From the human T2T-CHM13v2.0 reference genome, Homo sapiens, in the NCBI RefSeq assembly GCF_009914755.1, contig NC_060937.1: a stretch of DNA of 64,000 bases. One strand, 5' to 3'. Positions 1 through 12,163 of this stretch are shown here, in pieces. Both the position numbers and the translations under genes were made by a program. Numbering within the stretch: position 1 is the stretch's first letter; each line of letters opens with the position of its first letter. The notes under the pieces were generated by a model that was not told the origin of the DNA, searched no databases, and worked only from the letters and a program-made list of their open reading frames with translations.

Positions 1-223
1 CTTCTTACTAACAGGAGAGAGTGAACTGTCATAAACAAAATAAAACATTCACTATGACAAGAAAGAGTTGCAACTTACCTGTTTCCTGAAAGTGGTCTTG
101 AGCAAGGACAAACCATGCTGGCAAAGGAAGAAAGGAGAAGCGCTACTGAAGATGCTAAAAAGACAATTCTGGTGCACCATGGCCCTGCTGAAGTTCTTCT
201 GAGATATGAACACCTAGGAGACT

Positions 224-515
224 TGTCTTAGTCCATGTGGGCTGTTATAGTAAAATACCATAAACTGGGCAGCTTATAAACAAAAGAAACTTACTTCTCA
301 CAGTTCTGCAGGCTGGAAACTCCAAGTCGAAGGTGCCAGCAGACTCAGTGTCTGGTGAGAGCCGGCTCCCTGGTTCACAGGCGCATGTCTTCTTTCTGCA
401 GCCCCACATGCTGGAGGGGCAAGAAAGTTCTCTGCGGTCCCTTCCATAAGGACACCAACCCCATTCATGAGTACTCTGCCTTCATGTCCTAGTCACCTCC
501 CAAAGGTCCCACCTA
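224..515 (-). mobile_element. MaLR LTR fragment, MLT1A/MLT1A0-like
   Basis: Starts tgtcttagtcc..ggctgttata..aaataccataaactggg..cttataaac..tctcacagttctg..ggctgg, matching the reverse complement of the MLT1A 3' end. Confidence 0.8.
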
Positions 516-1057
516 AAAACCACAAGACTGTGCAAACATGTGTTAGCCTCCTTCAAATGTATGTTAAACCCTAATGTTCAGGCATAGTCTGTTTTCTTTT
601 GGTAACCACCTATTCCTCTGTCTTTAGTAAATTTGACCAAATGCTTTTTAAAATTAAATGGTACTTCTAGTTGGACCTAACTTTCTAAACTGGGAATTCA
701 GAACACAAGACTTCATTCTAATAATTCAGAATTTGAAGTACATGTTCTTTTCCATCGAATTAACACATACGATTTTAGGCCTTTTGAGCATGTCCTCCCC
801 CAGTCTCATTCTTTTGGTGGAAAGCATTCCCATCTTTGAGTTCTACCTCAATATAGCAGCACTCAGCCCCTTCAGATGTTTTGGTTGATTTTGGATGAAT
901 TTTTTTCTACTTCTCTGTGTCTTTACTAACATGTGATAACCAGAACCACAGACTGAATTTCATATGTAAATGAACCATGCTTTTATATGGCAATGGGATA
1001 TGGTTTTCATTCATTTTCAAAAGATTCAAATGTGAAAATGTACCCATTTCAAAATAG

Positions 1058-1362
<305 letters not shown>

Positions 1363-1435
1363 AACTTCTTATAGTAATATGTTGTAAGTAAAAGCATTTT
1401 ATAAACTGGAAATCACTCTAAAAATACAAATTATG

Positions 1436-1723
1436 GGCTGGGCATGGGGCTCATGCCTGTAATCTCAGCATTTTCAGTGGCTGAAGAGGGAAGCTCTCTG
1501 GAGCTCAGGAATTCGAGACCAGCCTGTGCAACATAGTGAGACCCTATCTCCACAAAAAATTTTAAAAATTACCTAAGCATGGTAGCATGCACCTGTACTT
1601 CCAACTACCCGTGGGGCTGAGGTAGGAAGATTGCTTGAGCCCACGAGGTTGAGGCTGCAGTGAGCTGTGACTGCACACCATTGCACTCTAGCCTGAGTGA
1701 CAGAGCAAAACCCTGTCTCCAAA
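1436..1723 (+). mobile_element. AluJ
   Basis: ggctgggcatggggctcatgcctgtaat...gaggttgaggctgcagtgagct...ccctgtctc; the tail has decayed into a TA/CA microsatellite. Confidence 0.92.
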
Positions 1724-1854
1724 TATATATATGCATACACAGACACACACATATATATACATACACACATATACATAAAAAAATTACTACTTTTTCTTGT
1801 ATGTGTTGTAATTTTCTCCAGTATGTTTTTCTCTGGTATGCTATATAGGTATCA

Positions 1855-2025
1855 GAATATATAAATATATATATGTGATATATAGTTACATATATATGAG
1901 ATAGTTATATATACACAAATATATAGAATATATATTTTCAAATGTGTTATATTTTAAATATTTATATTATTTTTATATTATATATTAAAATACACTTTAT
2001 GTATATAAGAAATAGATATATTTTA
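1855..2025. repeat. (TA)-rich low-complexity tract
   Basis: Degenerate TA dinucleotide runs. Confidence 0.75.
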
Positions 2026-2380
2026 AGATGTTGTTAACGTTAGTTTTCATTCCATGGACTACCTCACTGATGTTGTGAAGTTAGCTGAAAGCATGACAGA
2101 TGGCAGGAAAATAACATTTAGTGTTAGAACTGTGTCATAAATTATTCATAAGTGAATAATGTATCCTTCACAGATAATCAGGGGTTGATAGTACCATAAC
2201 CTGAGGACTGATAGAAAGTGCAGGTTCAGAGATGTATTTGTCATAACTGCTTCATTGCAAGTCACAAATTCTCAACTCAAACTAGTTTAAGCACATAGGA
2301 CATTTTATTTTCTCACAACACTGAGAAAAATACCTGGGAAGTTCACATGATAGAAGCAACTAGATCTGGAGGTGGTGATG

Positions 2381-2540
2381 AGGCCTGCTTACACACTTTG
2401 CAAAATTAAAATGCAAAATGTCCTATTTAAAAATTATTAAGAATTTCTAGATGGTAGAGCATGAAACCAAGTGTGGGGGCCCTTCTAGGATCAGAATTGC
2501 GTGTGACTATATATGTGACATGCCCATAAACCTGGTCCTG
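2381..2540 (-). mobile_element. MER45A-like hAT non-autonomous DNA transposon
   Basis: tgcaaaattaaaatgc..aaaaattattaagaatttc..gagcatgaaaccaagtgtgggggcccttct..catgcccataaacctggtcctg matches the reverse complement of recalled MER45A. Probably sits within an older MLT1-like relic. Confidence 0.7.
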
Positions 2541-3068
2541 CTGGAGATTCAAGTCAACCAGGACTTCCCTTCCCTTTTACACTCTGAAATGTCTCATATC
2601 TACTTTTCTCTTTTTTTTTTTTCTTTTCCTTCTCTGTTTTCCTCATTGTCTCCTACTGCAGAGGGGTTGAGCCAGTCTTCTTTGCTAATTCAAGCACATA
2701 AGGTCTCAGAGAGGGCTCTGATTGGTCAGGCCTAAGTGAAAAGCCTCTCTGTTGAGGAGATCTGCAGGGAAGAGGTGGAGTTATACATGTGAAATAATGG
2801 TATGGACCCATACATCCAAATCACAAGGAACTGGGGAAGGGCTCCTCAAAGGAAACTGGAATGTTCGTACCAGTAAACATGAGATGGAACAGTATCCTAA
2901 ACAAGCAAAACTGAAATTACCACATAAAACCCACTGGGTTTGATTTGCCACCCTACTGGTTGTAGTTTTTTAATCTTTCTAATTCACAGTTGTGAAGATT
3001 AAATGAAGTGGTTAATACTACATTATGGGCATTCAACCTATATTAGTTCGTTTTGTATTTTCTTTATC

Positions 3069-3339
3069 TTTTTTTTTTTTTTTTTTTTTGAGGTAGAGTC
3101 TCACTCTGTCTCCCAGGCTGGAGTGCAGTGGTGCAATTTTGCCTCACCACAACCTCCACCTCCCGAGTAGCTGGGATTACAGGCATGCGCCACCACACCC
3201 AGCTAATTTTTGTATTTTTAGTGGAGACGGGGTTTCACTATGTTGGTCAGACTGGTCTCAAACTCCTGACCTCAGGTGATTCACCTGCCTCGGCCTCCCA
3301 AAGTGCTGGGATTACAGGCATGAGCCACTGCACCCGGCC
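3069..3339 (-). mobile_element. AluSx-like with ~32-bp internal deletion
   Basis: Poly-T and Alu body; the junction acctccacctcccgagtag lacks ggttcaagcgattctcctgcctcag; TSD gtttt(g/a)tattttct. Confidence 0.92.
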
Positions 3340-6154
3340 TGTTTTATATTTTCTAATGATAGTGTGGGCCTCAGATGAAGAATTGTATCATTAATTTGGG
3401 GTAGAGGTACAGTTTTCAAATCCGTATGTAAAGATGAACCGCACAGTGATTCTGGCTGGTTCTAAATCTCTTCCGCGAAACCCACTAACGTAACGGTTGA
3501 GAGAAAGCTAAAGGACAAATGGCAGGACAAGCGACAGGAAACTTGTGTTTACAATATAAAGACTCTGACTTTTTTCCAGAACAGGTTTTCCTAAATAGAG
3601 ATGGTACACGTTATTTGTAAAAACTTGATCATCTGTCTTTTAATTCCCCTCAGTACAGATAGACAATTTGTAGTGATAAATAAAGCTCTTTTGAAAATTT
3701 GGAGATAACAAGATGGAATTTTAAAAATTTACCAAATGTAACTTTTCCAAGAGTTTTAAGACAAGCCCTTTTCTAAAGGTTCCCTACTAGTCATTACCTA
3801 TTCAGCTTTCCAAGCTAAACAGCTTTCTGTGTCTTTCTCATTCAACTTTGTGAAGTATATTCCAGAGCTTCCTTTCTTTTACACATGGGTGTACTGGTTA
3901 CACCCTTAGCCCATGCATTATTGAAAGTTCATCGAAGAAGGTAAAGCAGCTCTCTACACTCTCAAAGAGAAAGGACTAAAGTTAAATTTCTAGGAATAGT
4001 TGAATAGAGAATTTATTACAAACAAGATAACTAGTAAAAGATAAAAATATAATCAACATTTTGTTTTTATTACACTGGCAGAGTAACACAGAGAATTGAT
4101 TCATAACTGATATAAATAGCCAGTTTTCTTAAAAGCTAAACATTTTGAAAATTTAACTACCTTGAGTTTTTTTATGTACTTCACTTAGGTTAATATGGAA
4201 CATACTTTCAGAACTACATGGAGGACCAAAAAAATTTTTAATCATGTCAGATGGTTGATAGGTCTTTTTCTGTATGTATGTTTGCAAAATATAATACATA
4301 ACTAAAAGGTTATAAACCTTTTAATGTGCACTCATTTATGGAAACTCTGTAAATATTGAATATTTTCTTCAAGAAAGCATGTTAAATGTTAAATACATGC
4401 CCTATGTTTTTCTCTCTTTTTTAACATAAAGTCGAAGTCTTGGAAAAGCAACAGTCATTGCTACAAAATGGATTTTCCCATGCATTCAGAAATAACTGGT
4501 ACCAAAAAATAGGCAAATAAATGAGTCTATTTGCCTTAATTACCAAGTGTAAGATTGGACAACAGATGTTCTCCTCCATGTGGTTTGCTAATTTATTTTA
4601 TTCCTTCTGTCCATTTACATGAGCCATTCTGAAAATTAGTATTGAGAAGGTACAATCAAATTTTCTCTTCTTGGTAAGCAAAATCTAATCTCTCCCATTA
4701 ATATGTTATCCTTTCAATACCAAAATTTAGGGAGAAGAATGCCTGTTACCAACCACAGTCTTATGTCATACACAAAAACCCACACCAACCTTCAGCTTCA
4801 TACCAAAATACAACTTCATTTTTCTAATAACAGCAGCAGGAAAACAAACAGACCTACTACCACACTATCATGTTCTCGAAGGGTTTTTAACATCTTCAAA
4901 ATATTATTAGATCTTCACTCATACATTTTGGCAAATTCAATCATTGCCCCTTCTGATACTGGTATACATACACATGTTCTCTGAAAGTCTGGAAATTTGC
5001 CCACAAATATATCTAGAGCCATGATTTAAATATGGCTAACTTTAAAAGAAATGAATAACTTCTACTTAAATTACTCAATATCAAGGATGTTCTAGAAAAC
5101 CTTTTAAATCGGGATCCATTTTTCTATTATGTCTGCCTGATACAAGTAATGCTAAAGTGCCTTGGCTCACTTAAGGAGGAAACTGACATGCTTATCCATT
5201 ATATGGTATAGCTGACCAAAGACTATTTAAATTGGTTTCAAATTTTAGGTTAATGTTCTTACTGCTGTCCTGCCACTTACCTTAATCCATCTCAGTATTT
5301 TATGGTGTTAGATATTACTGTCTGCATAATGATCACAGAAGTTTTAAATGTAGTACTTCCTTTCTCCTCATTAATGCTGCTACTAAGCTTCAATTCTTAA
5401 GGAAAAATGATCATATTATATACGTATTTCAAAACAGATAATTATGCTGTCAAATGATACTGCCCTATATGGTACTTTAATTAATTATGTGATGTATAAC
5501 TTGATTTTAAGCACTTAGAGAATATGTACTATGTTTTCTATTTCTTAAAATTATAAAAATAAGATAGATGTGGTAATAAAAATATTCAACATTATAAAAG
5601 ATTATGAAATACCAAGTAAAAATCTCCCATTCTCTACTCCTAATTCTATTCAGCGGAGATAACCACACTTAACTGTTTCTATTTCAAGTTCTTCTGGTCA
5701 TTACCTCCAAAATACTGAATTTTATGCTTAGGTCTCATTTTCTCAATTTATTGGTGCTTAATGGTATCAACTGGCTATTATGACAAAATGAAAAAGTTAA
5801 CTTATTTCTACCTTCTGCCATCTCTTCTCCTCCTCCTAATTTTTGCTAATGTTTATTTCTATCCAATTAGCTACCTTTATTTTTATTCGTAAGTATACAC
5901 ACAAATATATTTACATTTATTATAAGTACATAAATATAATATTATATGTTTTGTTTAAATGCAGTCTTTTTTCTTTTCTTTTTACCTAATTCTCCCTCCC
6001 TCAACTCAGAAATAGTCTTTTCCCATTAACACGTTTGCAACCTGTTAAGAATGCTTCAATATTTCTTCATGATTATATAATTATATAAAACTTACACTTT
6101 GTTTAATGGATATAAAGTTTCAGTTTTGCAAGATGAAAAGTTTTGGACATCTGC

Positions 6155-6471
6155 TTGTTTGGTTTTTGTTTTGTCAGGTTTTTTTTATTGAGACAGGGTC
6201 TCACTCTGTCACCCAGGCTGGAGTACAGTGGTTTGATCTCAGCTCATTGCAGTCTCAACCTTCCAGGCTCATGCGATCCTCCGCCTCAGCCCCCCAAGTA
6301 GCTGGGACTACAGGCACACACCACTATGCCCAGCTAACTTTTGTATTTTTTTGTAGATACAGGGTTTTGCCATGTTGCCCAGGCTGGTCTTGAACTCCTG
6401 CACTCAAGGGATCCACCCGCTTTGGTCTCCCAAGGTGTTAGGATTACAGGCATGAGCCACTGTGCCTGTCC
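6155..6471 (-). mobile_element. AluJ
   Basis: T-rich tail and Alu body; TSD tggacatctg on both sides. Confidence 0.92.
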
Positions 6472-6542
6472 TGGACATCTGTTCCACAATAATATGAATG
6501 TACTTAACACTACCAGAGAGTACACTTAAAAATGATTAAGAT

Positions 6543-6839
6543 GGCTGGACACAGTGGCTCACACTGGTAATCCTAGCATTTTGGGAGGCCAAAGCAGGGG
6601 GATCACTTGAGTCCAGGAGTTAGAGATTATCCAGGGCAACATAGTGAGACCCTGTCTCTACAAATAACTTTTAAAAATTATCAGGCATGGTAACGCATGC
6701 TTGTAGTCTCAGCTATTTGGGAGGCTGAGGAAGAAGGGTCACCTGAGGCCAGGAGGTCAAGGCTCCAGTGAGCCATTGATTGCATCACTGCACTCCAGCC
6801 TGGGTGACAGATCCTGTCTCAAAAAACAAAACAAAAAAA
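6543..6839 (+). mobile_element. AluJ
   Basis: Alu dimer with gaggtcaaggctccagtgagc; TSD-like ttaagatg on both sides. Confidence 0.92.
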
Positions 6840-6989
6840 GGTTAAGATGTTAAAGTTATGTTTCATGTTTTTTCACCACAATTAAAAATTTAAAAATACA
6901 TAATTATATAATTGTACACATATGTATGTGTATACTTATTTATAATCATACACATATGTATCCACATACCTGTATATAATAATACACAT

Positions 6990-8130
6990 ACTGGAAGTCT
7001 TCACTTTATACCATTCCTATATATAAATTTCAGTTACCACCATTCAATTAAGTAACACCACACCCCAAAAACATGGGTCAAATCAGTTGCCGTGGTGTAT
7101 TAATGTGAAAGACTCCATAAAAATATAAACTTCATTGCTACCTTGTCACTCTACAACTCACCGTAGACAACAAATATACATCATGGTTGGTGACCAATCA
7201 TGTCACTTCTTTCAAAATCTGTTGGTGATTGGTCACTGCACATTTTTTACTTAGTTCATGCACAGACAGCAAAGCATATAGTTGTATTGCTTCCCTGTCT
7301 CCCAGAAATAAACACACATGACATTGTACAAAAATAAATAATCAAAAGAGGGAAATGGTCAACAAAGATGAAAATGCTGCAAATAAGGGGAAATAATGCT
7401 GAAAGAGAAATTCAAATTGATCATAAATGGAGTTATAGAAGAAAATAGTTGGGTACAATGTACCCAATTCAGGTGATGGGTATACTAAAATTTCACACTT
7501 CACCACTATACAATTCATCCATGTAATCAAAAACCACTTGCACCCTAAAAGCTATTGAAATAAAATTATATATACATATGTTTAAAAAAATAGCTGGCCA
7601 CAGAAATGTTGACACTGCCAATGTTCAGAAGACTCTAGCTATTGTGGCTAGAGGAACTTAGTGAAAGTGAACTTATTGACATAAATGAGGAAAATAATTG
7701 TGACAAAAAGGATAGTGTCCCAGAGGAAGCAACACCAACAAAAACTTCACATTAAGGAAATTTCTGGAGCTACTTGACAACATTGAAAGTACAATGAATA
7801 AAATGTCAGAGCTGATCTAAACTTAGAAAGAAGTATGACAATTTGCCAAGGCATAGAAAAGATGCTTGCTGTATGTTCTAAGTTATACAATAAGAAGGCA
7901 GCACTATTGCAACTACACTTAATAAGTTTGTTTTAATTGGATTTTACAAAAAGGATGCTTTAATTTTTAATGCTTCTAATATTTTCATTTACAGAGTACT
8001 AAGTAAATACTAGTTTTAAAATTTTTTATTTCCCTACATATTTATAACTTACAGTAAAAAAAAAACAATGTTTGGATTAAATTTTTAAAGGTGTCAAAAC
8101 AATTATAGTTTACTCCATTTACTATTAAGA
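6990..8130 (+). mobile_element. Tigger-family (TcMar) DNA transposon, internally deleted
   Basis: Degenerate Tigger-like transposase start and end segments (aaagatgaaaatgctgc...; gaacttagtgaaagtgaacttattgacataaatgagg...; agaaagaagtatgacaatttgccaagg). Subfamily not determined. Confidence 0.6.
7451..7590 (+). mobile_element. L1PB/L1MA-type extreme 3' fragment inserted in Tigger
   Basis: gggtacaatgtac..ggtgatgggtatactaaaa..cttcaccactatacaattcatccatgtaa..aaaaccacttg..aaagctattgaaataaaa; TSD-like aaaatag(t/c)tgg. Confidence 0.8.
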
Positions 8131-8137
8131 TCACTTT

Positions 8138-8468
<331 letters not shown>

Positions 8469-8873
8469 ACCAATCTCAATGACAACAGACTATAAATATG
8501 TTCAAATTCTCTAATAGTCAATAATAGCCAATTAAATTAACAATGAGATATAATCTTATCCTATCAGTCTGGCAACAATTTAATAGCTCTAATTATTTCT
8601 AGTGAGGAACTTTTTAACTTTACTTTCCTTACTTTAACTTACTTACAGGTAATAGAGTGTATAACATCACAACCTTTTGGGAAATCTGTCTGATGACATC
8701 TAAAAGAATTTTTAAAGACCACATATTTTCGACCTAGCGATCTCACTCCTAGGAATCTAATTCACATAAATATATCAAGCAGTACTTAAGAATATTTGTA
8801 CAGGATGTTTATCGAAGTGATTACTATTGTGGTACAAAAAAAAAGCTTTTTTAATTTTTTTGTATTTTAAATA

Positions 8874-9020
8874 TTTTTTTGAGACGGAGTCTCACTCTGT
8901 CACCCAGGCTGGAGTGCAGTGGTGCGATCTCAGCTCACTGCAAGCTCCGCCTCCCTTGGGTTCACGCCATTCTCCTGCCTCAGTCTCCCGAGTAGCTGGG
9001 ACTACAGGCGTCAGCCACCC
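8874..9020 (-). mobile_element. AluY right-arm fragment
   Basis: AluY diagnostics ctgcaagctccgcctccc and ggttcacgccattctcc; ends after gggactacaggcg. Confidence 0.88.
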
Positions 9021-9309
9021 CCAAAAAACATTTTAATGCTCATTAGAAGGGAATAGTTCAATAAATTATAGTACATGTATATCACAAAATTTGCAATGAT
9101 TATTTACAAATCCCTTAAAGCTGTATCAGTTGATTTAGAAAGATTTCCACAAAGAACTGTCAAATGAGAAAAGCAAAATGCAGAAAAGTGTAGGTAACAT
9201 GATCTCAACATTAAACAATGGCCAAAAAAATCTACGGAGGCAGTCAATCTCTTTGCATGTAGGACAGCACTATTGAAATGGCCACGTAAGGTAAAACCGT
9301 GCAAAGTGA

Positions 9310-9603
9310 TTTTTTTTTTGAGACAGGTCTTTGTCACCCAGGCTGGAGAGCAATGGTGCAATCAAGGTTCGCTATAGCCTCAACTTCCTGGCTACTCAGC
9401 CTCTTGAGCGGCTGGGACTACAGGTGTGTGCCACCATGCCCTGCTGATTTAAAAAAATGTTTTAATAGGGACAAGGTCTTGCTATGTTGCCCAGGCTGGT
9501 CTCGAACACCTAAGTTCAAGTGATCTGCCCTTAACTCAAGCAATTTGTGCTCCTGGGCCTCCCAAAGAGCTGGGATTACATGCATGAGCCACCACACTCA
9601 GCC
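9310..9603 (-). mobile_element. AluJ (diverged, small indels)
   Basis: Poly-T, gagacagg..ccaggctggag..gggattaca..gagccaccac. Confidence 0.88.
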
Positions 9604-9760
9604 AGATTTGCTATTTCGTAATTACTGTTGTGTTCTTTGCCCATTTAAAAATTGAGCTGCCTTTTTCTTACCCATCTTGAGCTCTTTGTATGTTATAGGT
9701 TGAATAGCCAATAAATGTGGAAAAGAAAAGCATTTTGGATGGGGTCAGACCTTGCTTTAC

Positions 9761-9832
9761 TATTAGGTTGGTGCAAAAGTAAATGTGTTTTCTTTTTTTT
9801 CAAAAACCGTAATTACTTTTGTACCACCATAT
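9761..9832. mobile_element. MADE1 (Hsmar1-derived MITE), degenerate
   Basis: TA-ttaggttggtgcaaaagtaa ... caaaaaccgtaattacttttgtacca: the MADE1 terminal inverted repeats. Confidence 0.85.
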
Positions 9833-10249
9833 GTAGCAGAGTGTACATTTATCAAATCAATGATATTTGTATAGGAAGAGGCAAACGGATCTGTAGAATA
9901 GTCTCCAGAAACAAATCCAAGTATATATAATAATTCATTAAACTTACTATATTCATTCATGTAGCTGGGAAAATGATTATTTAATAAACGTTGCTGGCAA
10001 AACTGACTGGTCATATAAGTACATTACTCCATTTTAGACAAAAAATAAATTTTATATGGATCAAGAATACAAATGTAAAATGAAAAAACATTCTTACCCA
10101 AATACCTGGGATACTATATGTACAATCTATGAATAGGAAAACTAAAATTTCTGTAAGAAATGAGACATATTTGATTACACAAAAATTCAAAATTTACAAA
10201 GTCAATAGACAAATTATATATTTGTGTGTGTAAATACACATATAAATAT

Positions 10250-10735
10250 GTATATTAATTATTGCTGCATAATAAATTACCTTCATAATAATGTAAATAA
10301 TACAATAATAATACATAAAATAAATAATACAAAAATAAATATATCACAGTTTACTATCTCATTGTTTCTTTGGGTCAAGAGTCTGGATGTGGCTTAGCTC
10401 GGTGCCTCTTGTTAAAGATTCTCTTGAGGCTGCAGTCAAATTATGAGCCAGGAGCTCAGTCTCAACGAAAGGCTCACCTCTGGAAGAAGACCTTTCCACA
10501 GGATTGTCCCATAACCTGGGGACTAAGCAATCCAAGAGAGAGCAGGAGAAAGCACTTAAGGTGGAAGTCACAGTCTTTTTTATAACCTAGTCTCAAGTGA
10601 CGTCCTGCTTGCGCTGTATTCTGTTTTTTTAGAAGTTAGTAAATCCAGCCCACAGGCAAGGTGTGAGGATTACACAAAATGTGAATAACAGGAGGCAGGG
10701 ACCCGTAGGGATGATCCTAGGGGCTACCTACTACA
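10250..10735 (-). mobile_element. MaLR LTR, MLT1F/G/H-like
   Basis: tattgctgcataataaattacc ... gggtcaagagtctggatgtggcttagct ... gaggctgcagtca ... aaatccagcccac ... gggctacctactaca. Confidence 0.65.
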
Positions 10736-11549
10736 ATAGATCACACTTATAATTTTAAACAATATACATAATTAAATCTTGTTTCTTATTTCTACATCTT
10801 TAGAGAATATCTCTCAACCACCATAAAATGAGGAAATTATTTCTTTCTACCTCCCTGGTGGCAGCTCCCCCCATCATTTCTATCAACTAGTTATGTTTAC
10901 ATTGTCAAAGTTTATACCACTTACCAAAAGTATAATTAAGTCTATTGACTCTTTCCCCTTAAGTACAAGATCCAGGAACAGGCAGGAAGTCTTCTTTCCC
11001 ATCTTTCACTCTGAAGACGGCTTACACCAGTGGACAACCCCCACTCTGGAAACCGTACTCCTCTGGAAGATTATTCCACTAATTTTTTACCTGGGGATGA
11101 AAATGAAGAAACTTGCACAGCTGATCTATAGATATTTCTTCTCATAGTCACTGTGATTTCTGTCTCACTTCTCACTCTCTAGTTTTAAACTGCCAGTCTT
11201 CCAGGACTTGGCAGAAAATGCCCATGCTCGCTTCCACCACAGGCTTGTCTGTGCAGGTTTGGGTCTCTAATTCTTCCACTTCAGCTTGCTCATCAATATG
11301 TTCCCAACTATTTTCTATCTTCTACAATTCATTAAATATCTGTGGATGTTCCTTCTCTTGGTTTTGATTTCTTTCTTTTAAGCCAGTCAAATTTAGCAGT
11401 GAGGGGTTGTAGACTAACTTTAGTGTCACTAATGCTATGTTTTGATAACCCACTACCATCAGACCAGCCTTGTTTTTCAGTCTTTTATGAATATATTCTT
11501 CTATTTACTAATATTTCAATGGAATTCTGGGAAGAGTGGGTGGTAAAAG

Positions 11550-12163
11550 CCTTTGGCTCAGTTTGCCACAGTGGAACAGAACCAACCTTCTCTATAGGCT
11601 TAAAACAATAGAAATGTATTGTCTTATATTTCTGGAGTTCAGAACTTTGAAAATGGGTCTTACTGGGCTAAAATCAATGTGTCCAGTAAGCCTGCATTTC
11701 TGTCCGGAGGCTCTGGGGGAGAATTCATGTCTATGGTCATCCAGATTGTTGACAGAATTTATTTCCCTGCTGTTGTAGCCTGAGCATCCATTACTTTTCT
11801 GGTTGTCAGTTGAGGGCTGGTCCCAGCCTCTAGAGACCACTCAGATGACTTTACTAAAGCTCTCTTCCTCCATCTTCAAATCCAGCAACTAAGGGTCAAG
11901 ATGTCTCAAATTTTAAACCTCATCTGTTTCTTCATCTATCATTGCATCTCTAACTGACTCAATCTTCTGCTTCTGTTTTTAAGACTCTCTATAATTATAT
12001 TGGGTCCACTGCAATAATAATCTGCTTATTTTAAGGTCAGCTCATTAACAGCCTTCATTCCATCTGCACCCTTTATTTTCTTTTCCTATGTAAGATAACA
12101 TATTCACCAGTTCCAGGGGTTTAGGATATGGACATCTTTGGTGGGCCATTATTATCCCTACCA
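11550..12163 (-). mobile_element. MaLR LTR, MLT1E-like
   Basis: ggcttaaaacaatagaaatgtatt..ctggagttcagaac..gggctaaaatcaa..ggaggctctgggggagaat ... ttaggatatggacatctttggtgggccattatt. Confidence 0.75.

Larger units (their letters stand above)
6101..6895 (+). mobile_element. L1MB/L1MA-type 3' UTR end, interrupted by two Alus
   Basis: gtttaatggatataaagtttcagttttgcaagatgaaaag ... tgaatgtacttaacactacc..gtacacttaaaaatg ... ttttcaccacaattaaaa is the L1M 3' terminus, continuous across the Alu TSDs. Confidence 0.75.
8490..10240 (+). mobile_element. Old L1ME/L1MC fragments interrupted by younger elements
   Basis: Degenerate L1 ORF2/3' motifs (aacaatgagatat, tctcactcctaggaat, ggatgtttat, agaatagtctccagaaacaaatcca, ggatcaagaatacaaatgtaaaa). 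Confidence 0.5.

Noticed and set aside
7190-7235. Inverted repeat gtgaccaatca…tgattggtcac
   Set aside because: Only 11 bp and internal to a Tigger-family element, so probably part of the element itself.
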